Both the position numbers and the translations under genes were made by a program. From contig CAVWIG010000020.1 of NCBI GenBank assembly GCA_963754945.1, positions 1 through 55,397 on the forward strand: a stretch of DNA of 55,397 nt, given 5' to 3'. This document shows, in pieces, positions 53,833 to 55,397 of this stretch. Source of the stretch: Methanotrichaceae archaeon (GTDB taxonomy: Archaea; Halobacteriota; Methanosarcinia; Methanotrichales; Methanotrichaceae). The notes beneath the pieces were generated by a model, which ran no database searches, was not told the DNA's origin, and was given only the letters and a program-made list of their open reading frames with translations. Each line of letters opens with the position of its first letter. Within the stretch, counting starts at the first letter, position 1.

Positions 53833-54259
53833 TCACGAGAATGCCCAAAGGTTGTCTGGCTCTTCTGCGCTTTTGGTTAAGCCTTCGTAGCTCTTGGCCC
53901 CTTCTCGAATAGAATACCCTGCCGGCATTCTGGTCATATCTTCCAGGAAAGTATCAGATCCAGGTGAGTAAAGCAGGACTGCGGCCTTTTGCGGCATCGT
54001 GCAAACCTTGGGAGACGTACTCAACCATCCCTTGGGCGTCCTCGTAGAGCAGTGGGTCGTGCTCGATGACGATCAAGGAGTAGCGGGCCTTTTCAAGAAT
54101 GGTCATGAACTGAAAGACTGTGAAGGCTCGGCGGATCTCCTGGTCCTGGAACCTGCGGTCCAGCCGGCTGAGGAACTGAGGAGTAGTTCCCGCAGATGTA
54201 GAGGACTTTGAACCGCTGCAGGTCCAGGTTGCGGTTGAGGGCCTTGGCGAACATCTCAT
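53833..54259 (-). pseudogene. Decayed copy C of the repeated RecA/RadB-like gene
   Basis: LDRRFQDQEIRRAFTVFQFMTILEKARYSLIVIEHDPLLYED with frameshifts. Confidence 0.72.
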
Positions 54260-54327
54260 TTGGGGTTAACTCCTCAGATATCCATCAAGGATCTAAGCAA
54301 AAAAAAGGAAGTGGGAATTATCCTGAT

Positions 54328-55059
54328 TCAGATGCAGGGCAGCCAGTCGACGCTGATTGCGCCGCAGGTGCTGTTGCCCCAGAGCTGGATGAACTTCTCG
54401 ATTGAGAAGACACCGGTCGCGTCTTCAACGGATCTGCCCCACTCGTTGTGGCGGCCCTTGGGAGTTGACGCCTACATCCCTGGAGATCCAGCCGATGTGA
54501 GCAACGCCGATCACATTGGAGTTGAGGTTGGCCTCAAGGACACCTGTGCAGCAGTTCGTTGCACAGCCGAAGTTGTAGAGCCTGGTCTTGACCTCTGTGT
54601 TCTTCTGAAGGTGCTCAGCGTGGGTGTACATCTCAGTGAGCACTGCACCTATCTGAGGAGTTCTGGACGCAGAGTTTCTCGATCCACTTCTGGTCGTAGG
54701 TTCCAGTCTGGTAGGATACTGGCATGTACTCGAACTCAGCTTCCTTGGTGAAGTTGATGTAGTCCCATGGCGCAGGCGCCAGTGTTGAATGTGCATGGGA
54801 ATCCTACGAGGTGGCACCGGATGCATCGTTGGTTTGCCTCTCAGCCTCAAGCTCAGTCCTCTCGGTGATCACGTTGCCGGATCCAGACTCTTTCTCGACC
54901 AGCTCTGGCCCTTGAAGCCAGTCTGGGTCGGAATGATCATCTCTACGTTCTTATATCCGACGCCCTTGACGGATGCCTCTCGTACATGTAGTTGGCTGCA
55001 CTGGCCATGCTTACTAGGGCCATGGCGATAATAACCAAAACGATCAATTGTCTAGTCGT
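54328..55059 (-). pseudogene. Frameshifted secreted protein
   Basis: GGAGGT then ACG-ACT-AGA (signal peptide LIVLVIIAMALVSMASA); pieces ASVKGVGYKNVEM..., IGAVLTEMY..., FSIEKFIQLWGNSTCGAISVDWLPCI* in shifting frames. Confidence 0.65.
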
Positions 55060-55194
55060 GTATTTACCTCCTGTATCTGAATGATACAACTGTGATTTTG
55101 ATTTGAGCGTATATGAAGACGTGGTACAGCCTTGCTGGCGGCTAAGTAAGGATTAATTAACTGTCAAGAAAACTTTATATTTAGGGTGGTACTA

Positions 55195-55397
55195 GGCAGT
55201 GTAACGATTTTTCTGTACTTTGATAATAAGAATGATTATTGGCCCTGTATCCTATCTAATCTTGGGAAAAGGAGGACACAGGACCATGATACCCATAGCA
55301 CTCTTGGAAGATTACCTTATCGATCAGGAAGATGGACTAAAGAAGCTTCTGACCTGGTTCTTGAACCTTGTAATGCAGCTGGAAGCGGCGCAACAGG
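55195..55397 (+). mobile_element. IS256-family element, copy 2 (left end, cut by window)
   Basis: Near-identical to 8185 onward; transposase ATG at 55286. Confidence 0.96.

Overview
Window from an aceticlastic methanogen of the Methanothrix (Methanosaeta)/Methanotrichaceae type, judged from the archaeal 16S and gene content. It holds a complete rRNA operon (16S-tRNA-Ala-23S-5S) followed by about 48 kb of accessory DNA. That DNA includes two IS256 copies (one cut by the window edge), two IS630 copies, an IS701 with an IS630 nested inside it, and a 117-bp MITE; target-site duplications are readable for all five complete elements. Functional blocks: an arginine synthetase (ArcE-like)/carbamate kinase pair, with arcC apparently starting at CTG; a tRNA-Cys/radical SAM/SAMP plus rhodanese/DsrEFH sulfur-relay neighbourhood; an arsenic island (acr3, arsP, arsR, arsC, arsM, hgcC-like); a bacterial-type fused EtfBA + FixCX module abutting a modA remnant; and fdhA-fdhD. 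Most notable unannotated signals: (1) a decayed integron-type cassette array with attC sites at 25.4-27.4 kb and no intI in the window; (2) two RxxxxH HEPN-type genes, each hit by an IS, one reconstructable across a double-nested insertion; (3) a tRNA-like structure abutting the 5S 5' end; (4) three decayed copies of one RecA-like gene bracketing cargo genes. All family calls come from motif recognition without database searches. rRNA ends are approximate, and some single-base frameshifts could be sequencing errors.
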